NCBI GenBank assembly: GCA_965644315.1
Contig: CBFFRQ010000086.1
Coordinates: 59,878-123,877 of the forward strand
Reading direction: 5' to 3'
DNA from: Caecitellus pseudoparvulus
Taxonomy: Eukaryota > Protista > Bigyra: Bicosoecida
Length of the DNA: 64,000 nt
Positions 24,301-34,249 of the stretch are shown piece by piece; positions within the stretch are counted from its first letter, which is position 1, and every line of letters starts with the position of its first letter. The notes under the pieces were generated by a model. It was not told where the DNA came from. It ran no database searches and saw nothing but the letters and a program-made list of their open reading frames with translations. A program made the translations under genes and the position numbers.

Positions 24301-24826
24301 CCAGCGCTACGCCGCCACCGTCCTCGCCAACGGCACCGAAGCCCTCAGCCGCAGCCGCTTCCTGCACCGCTCAGTGCACCCCTACATGCTGGGCACCTGC
24401 ACGGCGCTGGCGGAGGAGTTCCACGATGACACACGCGGCCTGCATGAGGCAGCCCTGGGCCGATCACAGGCCCTCACCGCCGTCCTGCTCTGCCTCATGG
24501 TGGTGTCCATGGTGGCGTGGATCTGGCCAGCAGCTCGGCAGCTGGGCAAGGATGTGTTTGCGACGCATGCTCTGCTGGCTGCTGTGCCGCCTGAGGTGCA
24601 GGTGCGGGTGCCGAGCATGAAGGCGGCCCTGGTGAAGATCGCTGAGCTGACAGCGCAGAGTGGGTCGGACGGCACGCTGACGGACATGGGCGCGATGTTG
24701 GGCTTCGACGAGGATGAAGAAGACATAGCACATGGAATGTCTGATGAAGTGTTGGTTGCCACGATGCCCGATGCCCCTGAAGGTGCAAACTCCTCCTCGT
24801 CAGATGGAGCACCAGGAGCAGCATAG
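18341..24826 (+). CDS. TmcB/TmcC-like multi-pass PAS protein (copy 2, tandem paralog); start uncertain
   Basis: Same domain blocks as copy 1. The 5' exons encode ALRVAVKEPGLNRYLFVAGH, homologous to copy 1 ALRVAAKEPGLNRYLFVGGH. The start is tentatively an ATG at 18341 followed by an intron ending at 18484. Confidence 0.8.
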
Positions 24827-25578
24827 TGCGCGTGCTCTTGGATCCCGTGAATACAATCGCATTCCACTCGTTCTCCCTTGCCAACTGCGTTGGGGCAAAG
24901 TCAGCTTCCCGCATCTACGACGCAGCTTGTTTAGTAGCACGAGCTTGGACGGTGTGTTGCTCAGTCAGAGTTCTTGCCCTTGCGGAAGCAATTACCGCAC
25001 CCAGGCCGGTAAACGGCGTGTGTCAAGCATCCCACGTGGCGCTAGCTCCATCAATCTTGCTCTCTGAGTCATACATATATGGAACCTGCTTTTTCAGTCG
25101 AGATTCGCGACGGCAAGGTGTGCAGCCCGAGCCCTGCCCTTCAAACTTTGTGGCCAGGTGCGGAAAAGCGGAAAACGAAGTTGAATAGGTAGACCTGCAC
25201 TTTGCTATCCCTGTGCCACGTTTTGCAGCACTGATTCATGGATCTTCTTGCCTTGACATTCTTAGAGGCGTTCGTCCAGTCCAAGGCGCACAATTGCCGG
25301 GTTCGTGGCGCCAGCCTCGAGGCCTCGTCTCAACCTGACGAATGTTTTATTGTCACACTGCGTGATTCTTCCGTGCAGGACCCCAAGCGCTATGTAGCGG
25401 GCCCTTTCCCTGCACTCACATTATCAAGCCGTCAGGGGATTCCGCCATCGTGCTGTCTGTTCATGCAGTTGATACCTCTGCAGCAAGCGACACGTCAGCT
25501 CCAGAAGTGGGCGGCACTGCGGTGCTCTGGCACATTCGGCAGCTGGAATCGCCAGAGAGGGATGCTGGCGAAGTTTCC

Positions 25579-27708
25579 ATGGGAAGCGCCAACCCTTTGA
25601 AGTCGCCTTCTTGTCATGACTTGCTCTCGCCCAGCCCTGCGGCTCGGACGGATGTGAGGGCAGGCACCGTGCAAGTCACCGTGGGGAACGTGACAACAAC
25701 CGTCGCTCGCAGGCAGCCTGTGTCCATGTCGGTGCGGGGTCTTCACTACGCAGTGCCCAAGCCTCATACCGCTGCAGAGACGGACCCTGAGACGAAAGTC
25801 ATCTTGCGGGATGTCTCTTTCGACGTGGCGCCGGGGGAGGTCATGGCCATCCTGGGGCCGTCAGGTGGAGGGAAGACCTCCCTACTCAACGTGCTGGGGG
25901 GACGCGTCGGCGCCACGTCCTTGGCCGAAGTGCCCTTGAAGGAAGGCAGCACATCAAACGAATGGAAGGCTGTATCCGGGCCCAGCACTGTGGGCTGCGT
26001 GTACGTGAACGGCACCCCTCAACGAAAGAGCGACAAGCGCTGCATGGGGTACGTGCTGCAGGATGACGTCTTCTTGTCTCAGTTGTCTGTGCGGGAGACG
26101 CTGACCTTCACAGCAGAGTTGCGCATGGCGGGAACCAGCACTGCAGAGGAGCGCCGAGAGCGCGTTCAGGAGGTCATCGACTTGCTGGGCATCACGAAGG
26201 CGGCAGATTCCCTGGTTGGAGACACCCACACAAAGAGCATTTCAGGCGGCGAGCGGAGACGGCTGAACGTGGCCAACGAAATGATCACGGACCCTTCTCT
26301 GCTGCTGCTGGATGAGCCCTCGTCAGGCCTGGACTCGTACGCCGCCCTGCGGCTGTTTGACGCCTTGTCAGCCCTCGCAGCGGCAGGGCGCACCATCATA
26401 ACCACGGTGCATCAGCCAAACTCCCAGCTGTGGAGCCGCTTCACAAAGGTCCTGTTGCTAAGCGAGGGTGGCGTGATGTACTGCGGGCCCCCAGCTGGTG
26501 TCGTACCATTCCTGTGCAGCCCGTCAGTGGCGCTGCCCCCACCGCCAGGCTGGAGCACAGCTGACTGGATGCTTGAGGTGGCAAACGGCGACCGCGTCGA
26601 CGACGTGAAGGAACTCTGGCGCCGTGTGGAGAAGGATGGCCTCTTGCTTGACAGTGCCATCGGATACGACGGCCTGCAACTGCTTGCCCTGCCGGCAGTT
26701 GCTTCAGACGACGACGGAGCCACCGCCCCTGCCATACCAGCCAAGCAAGTGGACGATGGCGGAGCCATCACCAGTAGCAACAGCTCAGAGAAGTGGCCGA
26801 CAACTTGGTGGCAGCAGTTCAGGACGCTGTCCCGGAGAGCATGGGCGAGCTCACGTGGAAACAACATGACAGGCTTGCGACTTGTGGAAGCTGGCTCTCT
26901 CACCATTGTCTGCAGCTTGCTGTGGTGGCAAGTCCCCAGTTCAGCTGCTGCACTCGAAGACAAGATTGGTATAATGGTGCGTTGAGGCAGGGTCTGTGCC
27001 ATGTGCGTGGAGCGCATCCCCATTCTTTCCCCTTCACAGTTCTTCACTGCAATCTACTGGAGCTTCTTCTCGTGTTTTTCTGTTCTGACCACCATGCCCG
27101 CAGAGCGATCAGTGCTCATCAAGGAGCGATCCAGTGGCGCGTACCGCCTGAGCGCCTACTTTCTTGCTCGGATTCTTGCAGGCACGCCCCTTCGCCTGGC
27201 CATGCCTTCCCTGTACATTGTGGTGGTCTTCTGGACCACAGCGTGGGGCAGCTCCTTCGGCACGTTCATGGCGGTGTGGGCCGTGATGCTGTTGAATTGT
27301 TATGTGTTCATGGGAGTCGGGCAGTTTGTTGCCGCGACAGTGTTTGATTTCCAGACGGCGTTTGTCACCTGTGTTGTCATGCTGCTCACCTTCATGCTGG
27401 TGGGTGGGTTCTACATTGCCGCCATCCCGCCTTGGATTGGCTGGGTCGCGTACCTGTCCCCCATCTCCTACTCCTGGCCCCTCATGGTGGCCCTCGTGTA
27501 CCCTGCCGGAACCTCACTGCCCTGTGATGCTGGCCAGGTCAACACGGAGCAGTGGGGGGCATGCCCCTTGACCCAGGAGGGAATCTTGTCCGGCATCGCC
27601 GCGCGCATCCATGAGCCTTGGGGCAACGCCCTGGTGCTGGTGTTACTGGCCATTGTCCTGCGAATTGGCGCCTACTTTGCCCTGCGCCGCAACACTGCCT
27701 ACCATTGA
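25579..27708 (+). CDS. ABCG/White-family half transporter; start may lie further upstream
   Basis: Walker A GPSGGGKT, signature ISGGERRR, Walker B LLLLDEPSSGLD and H-loop TVHQP. The ABC2 TM domain (ERSVLIKERSSGAYRLSAYF) follows an intron at about 26977-27039. Confidence 0.93.
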
Positions 27709-27717
27709 TGGCCACGT

Positions 27718-28636
27718 CTACATGAACATGCCGCCCACCTTGGTTTCACGCTGCAGTGCTGCCACCTTGCAGGCCGCTTGGCGGTCGACTCCAGGCAAAT
27801 CCGGGCTGAGAATGCAATCAGTGCCAGTGGGTGCAGGCGTAGCGCTCAGTACTGCGGCGACAGCGTCGAAAATTGCTGCTCCTGCGTCGCCTTGCCAGGC
27901 CAGGGGCACAGTCACACGCAACGCCGCGACAGGTGTTCCGCTCAAGTGCGCAGCCGTAAAAATCGCTGCCGCAGAGCCATCCAGGCAGTCTTGCGTTTGG
28001 ATCCGGCCCTCACACGCCTCAGCCACGGCCGAACAGAGCTGCGAGGGAGGGAGTCCCGGCGGCTGTGTGAAGCCAGGCGCCTCCCGAATAGCACACTCTC
28101 AAACACGCACAGGATGGTCAGGGGACTTGTCACTGACCAAGGCTCGGACTCTGTTGCAGTCTTCACTGACTGAAGGCGCATCAATGATGCTTGAGACAAC
28201 GAGGACACTGCGGATGGAAGGAAAGGCGGCTGTGGCTTGGCAGCGCGGAAATTGGCACCACCACGCCGCACCTCCGAGGCTGCACAGCTTCCAGTAGCTG
28301 GGATTCTGGGCAAGCAGCTGCGTTTCCCATGCCCAAATCATGGAAGAAGAGCACACCGTCCACGCCACATGTGTGCACAGTCCCCAGCACGACTTTCCCT
28401 GACACAATCCGCAAAAGCGGCTCAGGCGCTGCCTTCAATCCCGCTGACAGCACACCGGCTGCAGCTCCCACTCCGACCACTAGGATGCACTCCGTCTGTG
28501 TGCCGATGGCTCCCTCCACCTCTGCTGAAGTGGGCTTCCGCACGGCGGTGTCCATGAGCTCTAGCGCGCCGTCCTCAACCACACGCGACATGAACTCTTG
28601 GCGGTCCGCGCCAGGGCCGTGAGGAAGAAACGCCAT
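27718..28636 (-). CDS. Probable proteasome assembly chaperone 1 (PAC1/PSMG1-like), 3 exons
   Basis: N-terminal SRVVED, then LDGSAAAIFTAAHLSGTPVAAL and a C-terminal hydrophobic-aromatic-X tail (MFM), resembling the PAC1/PAC2 family. The match is weak and by eye. Confidence 0.5.
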
Positions 28637-28805
28637 GGGGAGCAGGGAGGAGAGCTGGATCAGGAGAGAGTCCTTCGCGTGTGAAAGCGTGGGCTTAGTC
28701 TTGATCGGAAAACTGTGCATTGTTCCTCAGCAATTTGCCCACTCGAGGCAAGTGCGCAGGCACCACACAATTCCACACACAACGCAAGCTTGCGACGAGC
28801 ACCAC

Positions 28806-31016
28806 ATGTGGCGATTTCAGCCCCGTCACGTGCTGAAGATGTCCAACTCGGAAAAGAACTGCACTCTGAATGATGTACGAAGCTTGCTTGAGATAGTGGC
28901 TGGCAGGGTGCACGGGCTGCCAGAACTCGGCAACGTGTTTGCCGCTGCAGTGCGTCGAGATGCGGCACGGCGACTCCTCGAAGTTTTCGAGGGACTTGAG
29001 ACAGATGAAGCTCGGGTGCAGTGCATGCTGCTGCCGCTGGCGTTGAGCGTGTCTGATGCTGCCCGACGTGTGGCCCGCTTCACGCGTGCCAGCCAAGCTT
29101 CGGGCAAGTTCAGCTCTCCAGAGCTCGCAGCTGAGTGCATGATTGGCATGTACCCGCTGCTTGCGTCAGACGCGCAGCATTTCTTTCAGCATGCTGCCAT
29201 GACCAAGGGGGGAAATGCGCGTGTGCTAGCGCTGCGGGCGGCGCTGCGACGAGTGCTGAAGCGCGGAAATTGGTCTGCAGAGCAGCGAGATTCAGGTCAA
29301 CTCAGCCAAGGCTCGCCTGTGAACAAACGAGGAAGCGGCAAGCGTGATTTTCACCCCACATTTAATCAGATCCGCCTGCTTCAGTCACTGGATGACCACA
29401 TGCGGAGCATGATGTTGCAGCAAATCAGCGCGAAGCTGAAGCGTATCCATGCCGATGCCAGCCCTGCCTTACTGCAGGTCCTACGCACGGCAGAACGGGT
29501 CCACCCACCTGCTGATGACGACGACCTGCTTAGGCGTGTGGGCGGTGACAAACACGCGCCGAGGTGGTGTTTCGGCCTCTTCATGCCCGGGCTCGAGTCG
29601 AGGCCGCTGGCTTTCGTCCTGTGTGCTGTCACACAAGGAATGCCCGCCCGTGCAGACTTGCTTCTGGCTGGGGACGATGCCGCCTGTGTTCCACCTCCGG
29701 GGGGAGGAAAGACTGCGGTATTCTACAGCATCAATAACTGTTTCCCATCGGGCACGCAAGGTTTGGGCTTGGGCTCCCATCTTTTGCTTTCAGCGTTGCG
29801 CCAGCTGAGGGGAGAAGAGGCAGGTATCGAGGACGTGGTCACACTGTCACCCATTCCCTCGCTTGCGAGAGCCTTGAAAGTTGGCTGCACCAGCGACCCC
29901 GTCTTCAATCTGCCTGCTGTCGATGTGCAAGGCTCCATCCAGAGGGCTTCTGCAGACGCCGCGCGCCTCACAAAACTGGTGGCCGCAGGTCGGGTGCCCG
30001 GGGGGTGTGTGGAGCATTGGTTGCCGCAAGTACGAGGCATTTGGTCCTTTTGGGGTGTTCGGCATGTTCTGTTTTCCCGGGGGCGCGGGGGGCGGCGGGC
30101 TGCGGACCCCGTCACGAACTTCCACGCTAGCAACGGAGCCAGCGTTGCCCGCATCAACCTCGGCGGCAACACCTCCCCGCGAGGAATGGCCACATCGTTC
30201 GGCGTCATGGTAAACTATCGCTATGACCTTCAACATGGAGCGCCAGGCCCGCCACTCTATGGTGTGGAAGAGAATCCCACTGTAGCCAGCACAGCGCCAA
30301 GAGCAGCCGGCGAAAGCGAGCCCCAGCGATTCGCAAGTGGTGGGCACAGAAGACGCGTGCCTGCAGCCGCGTGGTGGCAGGGAGTCCCTCGCATGTTTAC
30401 ACAGATCTTGAGGCGACAAGGCTCCAGTCCAACCCAGAGGGCAGGGAAGCCCCTCCGTGGCGCCGGCTGGCTGGGAATCGCGAGTGCTACCGGGTACAAG
30501 CTTGCAGGTCAACTTGTTGTGTCAGGCGCAGCAGTGCTGCTGCATGCGCTCTCTCCTTGGGTGGATGACTCTGGGAGCTGCCTTGCCTGGCCTGCTCTAG
30601 TCCGGGGCATGCAGCCTTCTACACTTCGTGACACACAGGTTGCAGGGTGCTGTGCAAGGGTACTGCGAGCCGCAGCTCCGGGCACGATGGAAAAGCAGTC
30701 CAACTCCATCGCAGTTAGTGATCCTGCTGTGCCGGAGGAGGGTGTGCTCGTTGTAGTTGCTGGCGGCTGCGCCACTGCGATGACCGCAACAGGCCCTGCT
30801 TCCCTTGTCCACGGCGATTGGGCGATTCTGGGGAGATGGCGGCCAAGGCAACCTTGCATGGTGTGGAACGGGGCCCCGACAAGTAGGTGGGCCTCATCCA
30901 TTTCGTGTTCCCAGGGCTCTGCGTGTGTCTTGATGATTTCAGCGAGCGCCTGGCGGGTCATGTCTGCAACCCGCGAAGGGGTTGGCTTCGGCGGGCAGCA
31001 AGAGTGCAAGCTGTGA
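28806..31016 (+). CDS. MLYCD: Malonyl-CoA decarboxylase-like protein with C-terminal extension
   Basis: AERVHP, LLRRVG, AVFYSINN..GLGLG..LL, TLSPIP and DPVTNFHASNGA..GMATSFGVMVNYRY are the conserved MCD motifs. Confidence 0.85.
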   Translation: MWRFQPRHVLKMSNSEKNCTLNDVRSLLEIVAGRVHGLPELGNVFAAAVRRDAARRLLEVFEGLETDEARVQCMLLPLALSVSDAARRVARFTRASQASGKFSSPELAAECMIGMYPLLASDAQHFFQHAAMTKGGNARVLALRAALRRVLKRGNWSAEQRDSGQLSQGSPVNKRGSGKRDFHPTFNQIRLLQSLDDHMRSMMLQQISAKLKRIHADASPALLQVLRTAERVHPPADDDDLLRRVGGDKHAPRWCFGLFMPGLESRPLAFVLCAVTQGMPARADLLLAGDDAACVPPPGGGKTAVFYSINNCFPSGTQGLGLGSHLLLSALRQLRGEEAGIEDVVTLSPIPSLARALKVGCTSDPVFNLPAVDVQGSIQRASADAARLTKLVAAGRVPGGCVEHWLPQVRGIWSFWGVRHVLFSRGRGGRRAADPVTNFHASNGASVARINLGGNTSPRGMATSFGVMVNYRYDLQHGAPGPPLYGVEENPTVASTAPRAAGESEPQRFASGGHRRRVPAAAWWQGVPRMFTQILRRQGSSPTQRAGKPLRGAGWLGIASATGYKLAGQLVVSGAAVLLHALSPWVDDSGSCLAWPALVRGMQPSTLRDTQVAGCCARVLRAAAPGTMEKQSNSIAVSDPAVPEEGVLVVVAGGCATAMTATGPASLVHGDWAILGRWRPRQPCMVWNGAPTSRWASSISCSQGSACVLMISASAWRVMSATREGVGFGGQQECKL

Positions 31017-31048
31017 AGAATGGTCACTGCATTCACGTTCACTGTTGA

Positions 31049-33592
31049 TCAAGGCCTGGAGCGCTTGCTAGCGTGGATGGACTCATCTTGCTGCATCCTG
31101 GCGTCCACTGCGCGCCTTCGCTTACCGTGCTGTGTGCCTTGGTTTCTTCCTCGCATGCCCGCATCCCCATGCTCCTGCACACGTAGGAACATCCATCGAC
31201 GCCCGCCCAAAGACCGACCCAAGACTTGTGCTTCGCCAGAAAGCGCAAAGTTGCACTGGCGCTGCGCAGGAGGCAGCACAGCGCGCTGCAGTTTGTCGGC
31301 GTCCTCGGCAGCCCGCAACACATTAACGTGCTTCTGTGAGCAGCGCAGGAGCACCGGCTGCGGCCTGCCGCGCTCTCGCATCCCTCCACTGAGGGTCGCC
31401 ACGTAAGTACCATCGCCTGATGGCTCAACGTTGATCAATCCAGCTTTCGACAGAGCTGCCCGGACGGCGGCGCGACTGCCCCGAACCTGGGCGGTACCCA
31501 GCGCCGCTAAGGCCTCTGCTGGGATGTCATCTGAGCGACGCCCGCGTGCCAGCTGAGAAGTGCACGTGTCAGTTCTCACAAGCTTGGACGGGATCAGAAT
31601 GTGCTGCGAAGCTGCCCTCTGTCGGACACTGACCGGGTCACCATGCAGCAAGCGGATGCGTGGCGGCTGCTTCAGGCACTCTCGGCGGGCGTGGGTCAGC
31701 GTGGGCGAGTCAATGCCCAGCAGGTTCAGTTGGCAGTCAATGCTGTGGCCTGGCTCCGAGCTGGGGACCTCGACTGTGGCCGCTCCCCCCTCACCTTTCG
31801 CCGCTGCCTCTGCTGGAACCTCGTCAAGCTGGTCCTTGCCGCCTGAGCTGGCAGTCTCAGGGGATGGTTGTTCAGCACTGGTTTCAGGCCTTGAGGAGGA
31901 TACACACACAAACACTGCCTGTCCTGCTGGGCCTCGGACACCTGGCACCACTTGCATCTCCCCTGCCTCGGCAAAATTGCAGCACCGGTCAGAGGGGTTT
32001 AAATAAACCTGTCGCTGCAATGCATCGGCGTCTGCGGCGGCGTCAGCTGGGTTGAGGCGGAGGCATTCGTGCCGGTGGAGCACCACGCTGTGCGGTCCGC
32101 ACGGAGGCAAGCGGATGAACGCTCGCCAGGCCATCCTTGCCTTGTGGCGCCCCCTGCGCGGATTTGTGGTTTGCGCAATGTTGATGAACATGCCGGTGAC
32201 GCTCGCGTGCGACAGGGCTGGAACGCCGCCAGCTTTCTTCGGGAACCTGCGGCCATACTTGACCCGCAGAGCGCCCTTGACCAAGCGCAACCCAGCACCA
32301 CGCTCGAGGTCAAGCGCTGCCCATGCCTGCGTTACTTGTGCCAGAGTGGCAAGAGGAACTGGCTCCTTCCTCGTGGCTCGCAAGTGTTCATGTGCGACGC
32401 TACCCTTGCCCCTCACCCGTGACCCACTTCCTCTGTGCACCAGCGCATACAGAAAGCGGGAGTTCTGGGGGTCTTTGTTCGGAAGCACTTGACCCTCGCC
32501 TCTGATGGCAAAGTTGCACAGCCGCTGCTTCGGGGCAACTGTCGCTGTGCGCACGAGGCAATCTGCGTCATGTGCTGCCTCCAGCGGACTGCGGCGGAGG
32601 ATGGGGCTCAGGACTAAGCTCAGTTGTTCACCTGGCCTGCTGTAAGCATTTGGCACGAATCCTACAAAGCGGATTTTTTGGTCAGGGCCCCAAACTGGAG
32701 CAACGTTGATCACCTGCTGCTCCACGAGGAATTTCACGTGCGAAAGGCTCGGCAGCACACGGGGCGCTCCCAAGTCGAAGTCGGCTGCCAGCAGCGCCAG
32801 CGATTCCGTGCGCTGCACAATGTTGACAAAGTGATTACTCCAACTGGCAGGCACATCTTCCACGCGCCGGCCCCGCGACAGGTCAGCTCCGCACAACCCT
32901 ACCAACCCGCCGTACACCTCATCCAGCAGACTCCGGCCCTGACGCAGCTCTCGAAGCTGAACCACAGAGGCTCTGACCCGCGCAGGGCATTTGATGAGCC
33001 TGCCCTTTTGGAAATTCCCCAGGGCTGCCGTGAGCACCGTGTGCGCATGCAGAGGAGCCAGCTGCAATTCCCACATGTTGGAAGAAGTCAAGTCGCCCAG
33101 CTCCACAGGAAGTGTGCGGCAACCGGAGAGCACAGAAGCTTCGCAATTTTGCCCAGCAGCTGCGGCATCCTCACTTTGACTCTGCTTGAGAACCGATGGA
33201 CTGAAAGTCACCTTGGCCGAATGGTGGTCACCCTTCGTTGTGTCTTCAAGGGTCAGAGCACCCCGTGCAAAGGTGCCAAGGGACGCGTGAGGAGGCACAC
33301 CTTCTTGACTTGGCGCACTTTTCCCGGGTGTGAGTGCATCTGTGCATGGTGTCCCAGTCATCAAAGCACTAGGAGGCTGCTCAGCATCCCGCCGTGGCGA
33401 TGCATCAGTGGGGAGGCTGTCCAGCACAGCCGACAGCTCAACTGCGCGACCGTCAAGAAAAGTTGAGGCAGCTGAAAGACGAGTCAGATCAAAAGCTGGT
33501 GGGAAGGGTGGCACTTTGGCGTTCCCGATACCTGTGCAGCAGCGGGGTGCCCGGCAATCGCGTTGACTGGCATTGATGTGCTGCCGCGGCAT
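31049..33592 (-). CDS. Hypothetical protein with an internally duplicated unknown domain
   Basis: Uninterrupted ORF of about 850 aa. Two similar segments are present (INV..; CNFAIRGEGQVL / CNFALSGEAQVL). Confidence 0.6.
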   Translation of the reverse strand: MPRQHINASQRDCRAPRCCTGIGNAKVPPFPPAFDLTRLSAASTFLDGRAVELSAVLDSLPTDASPRRDAEQPPSALMTGTPCTDALTPGKSAPSQEGVPPHASLGTFARGALTLEDTTKGDHHSAKVTFSPSVLKQSQSEDAAAAGQNCEASVLSGCRTLPVELGDLTSSNMWELQLAPLHAHTVLTAALGNFQKGRLIKCPARVRASVVQLRELRQGRSLLDEVYGGLVGLCGADLSRGRRVEDVPASWSNHFVNIVQRTESLALLAADFDLGAPRVLPSLSHVKFLVEQQVINVAPVWGPDQKIRFVGFVPNAYSRPGEQLSLVLSPILRRSPLEAAHDADCLVRTATVAPKQRLCNFAIRGEGQVLPNKDPQNSRFLYALVHRGSGSRVRGKGSVAHEHLRATRKEPVPLATLAQVTQAWAALDLERGAGLRLVKGALRVKYGRRFPKKAGGVPALSHASVTGMFINIAQTTNPRRGRHKARMAWRAFIRLPPCGPHSVVLHRHECLRLNPADAAADADALQRQVYLNPSDRCCNFAEAGEMQVVPGVRGPAGQAVFVCVSSSRPETSAEQPSPETASSGGKDQLDEVPAEAAAKGEGGAATVEVPSSEPGHSIDCQLNLLGIDSPTLTHARRECLKQPPRIRLLHGDPVSVRQRAASQHILIPSKLVRTDTCTSQLARGRRSDDIPAEALAALGTAQVRGSRAAVRAALSKAGLINVEPSGDGTYVATLSGGMRERGRPQPVLLRCSQKHVNVLRAAEDADKLQRAVLPPAQRQCNFALSGEAQVLGRSLGGRRWMFLRVQEHGDAGMRGRNQGTQHGKRRRAVDARMQQDESIHASKRSRP

Positions 33593-34249
33593 TGTGCGTG
33601 CGGAGACTATGCACTGCTTCCGCAGGCGACACCAGCACACGCACCTGGAGAGATTGAGCGTGGTTGAAGGCGCTTAGCTTGGGGTGGCTGATGGTTCATG
33701 GCATCAATCAAGAAATTCAATCGGCAGGCATCACTGAAACCCACGCCAGTGCCTCCCAAGTGGCCTGGCGCGTCTTTCAATGCCCCGCTCGACGGCGAAG
33801 CCCACCACGCCTTGGGTTGCTTTGAGGGCTCTGGACTGAGAACCTGCGCGATTATCGAGAATTGAACCCCTTGGTAGCATCAAACATGCTCTAACAATAA
33901 CACAAGCAGTGCTCACCGGCGACCCAAAGCTAGTAGCGCCGAGAACGGAGCTCGGCAATGCTGCTGCCATGTTTCCTCTTGCGCCGGAGGTGGGCAGGCA
34001 CGTCGAGGACGAAGGGCGTGGCGTGCCAGGAGACTTGAAGCGCAAGCTTGAGGGAGGCCAGAGGATGTGAGGGCCCACGACGTTTCCCAGAGCAGCACTG
34101 TGAGGGAAGCTTCTGGATCTCGAAGAAGTGCAGGGCACGGGCGAGGTGTGCATTGCGCTGGGACGCCAGACACCCCACCCCCCCCCCCACACCCCCCCTC
34201 AGGACAGCTACAAAGGCTGCCCGAGACCCGCTGCCCTGCGAGGACTGCA

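Noticed and set aside
12071-24717. Diversity-generating retroelement or transposon explanation for the repeats
   Set aside because: No reverse transcriptase, transposase, TIR or TSD is visible, and the differences are not adenine-specific.
31049-33592. POP1 (RNase P subunit) assignment
   Set aside because: Only a superficial VGFV match; the conserved POP1 N-terminal motifs are absent.
34166-34200. C-rich run (potential G-quadruplex on the minus strand) after TmcB copy 3
   Set aside because: Similar runs are common in this GC-rich sequence, and there is no further support.
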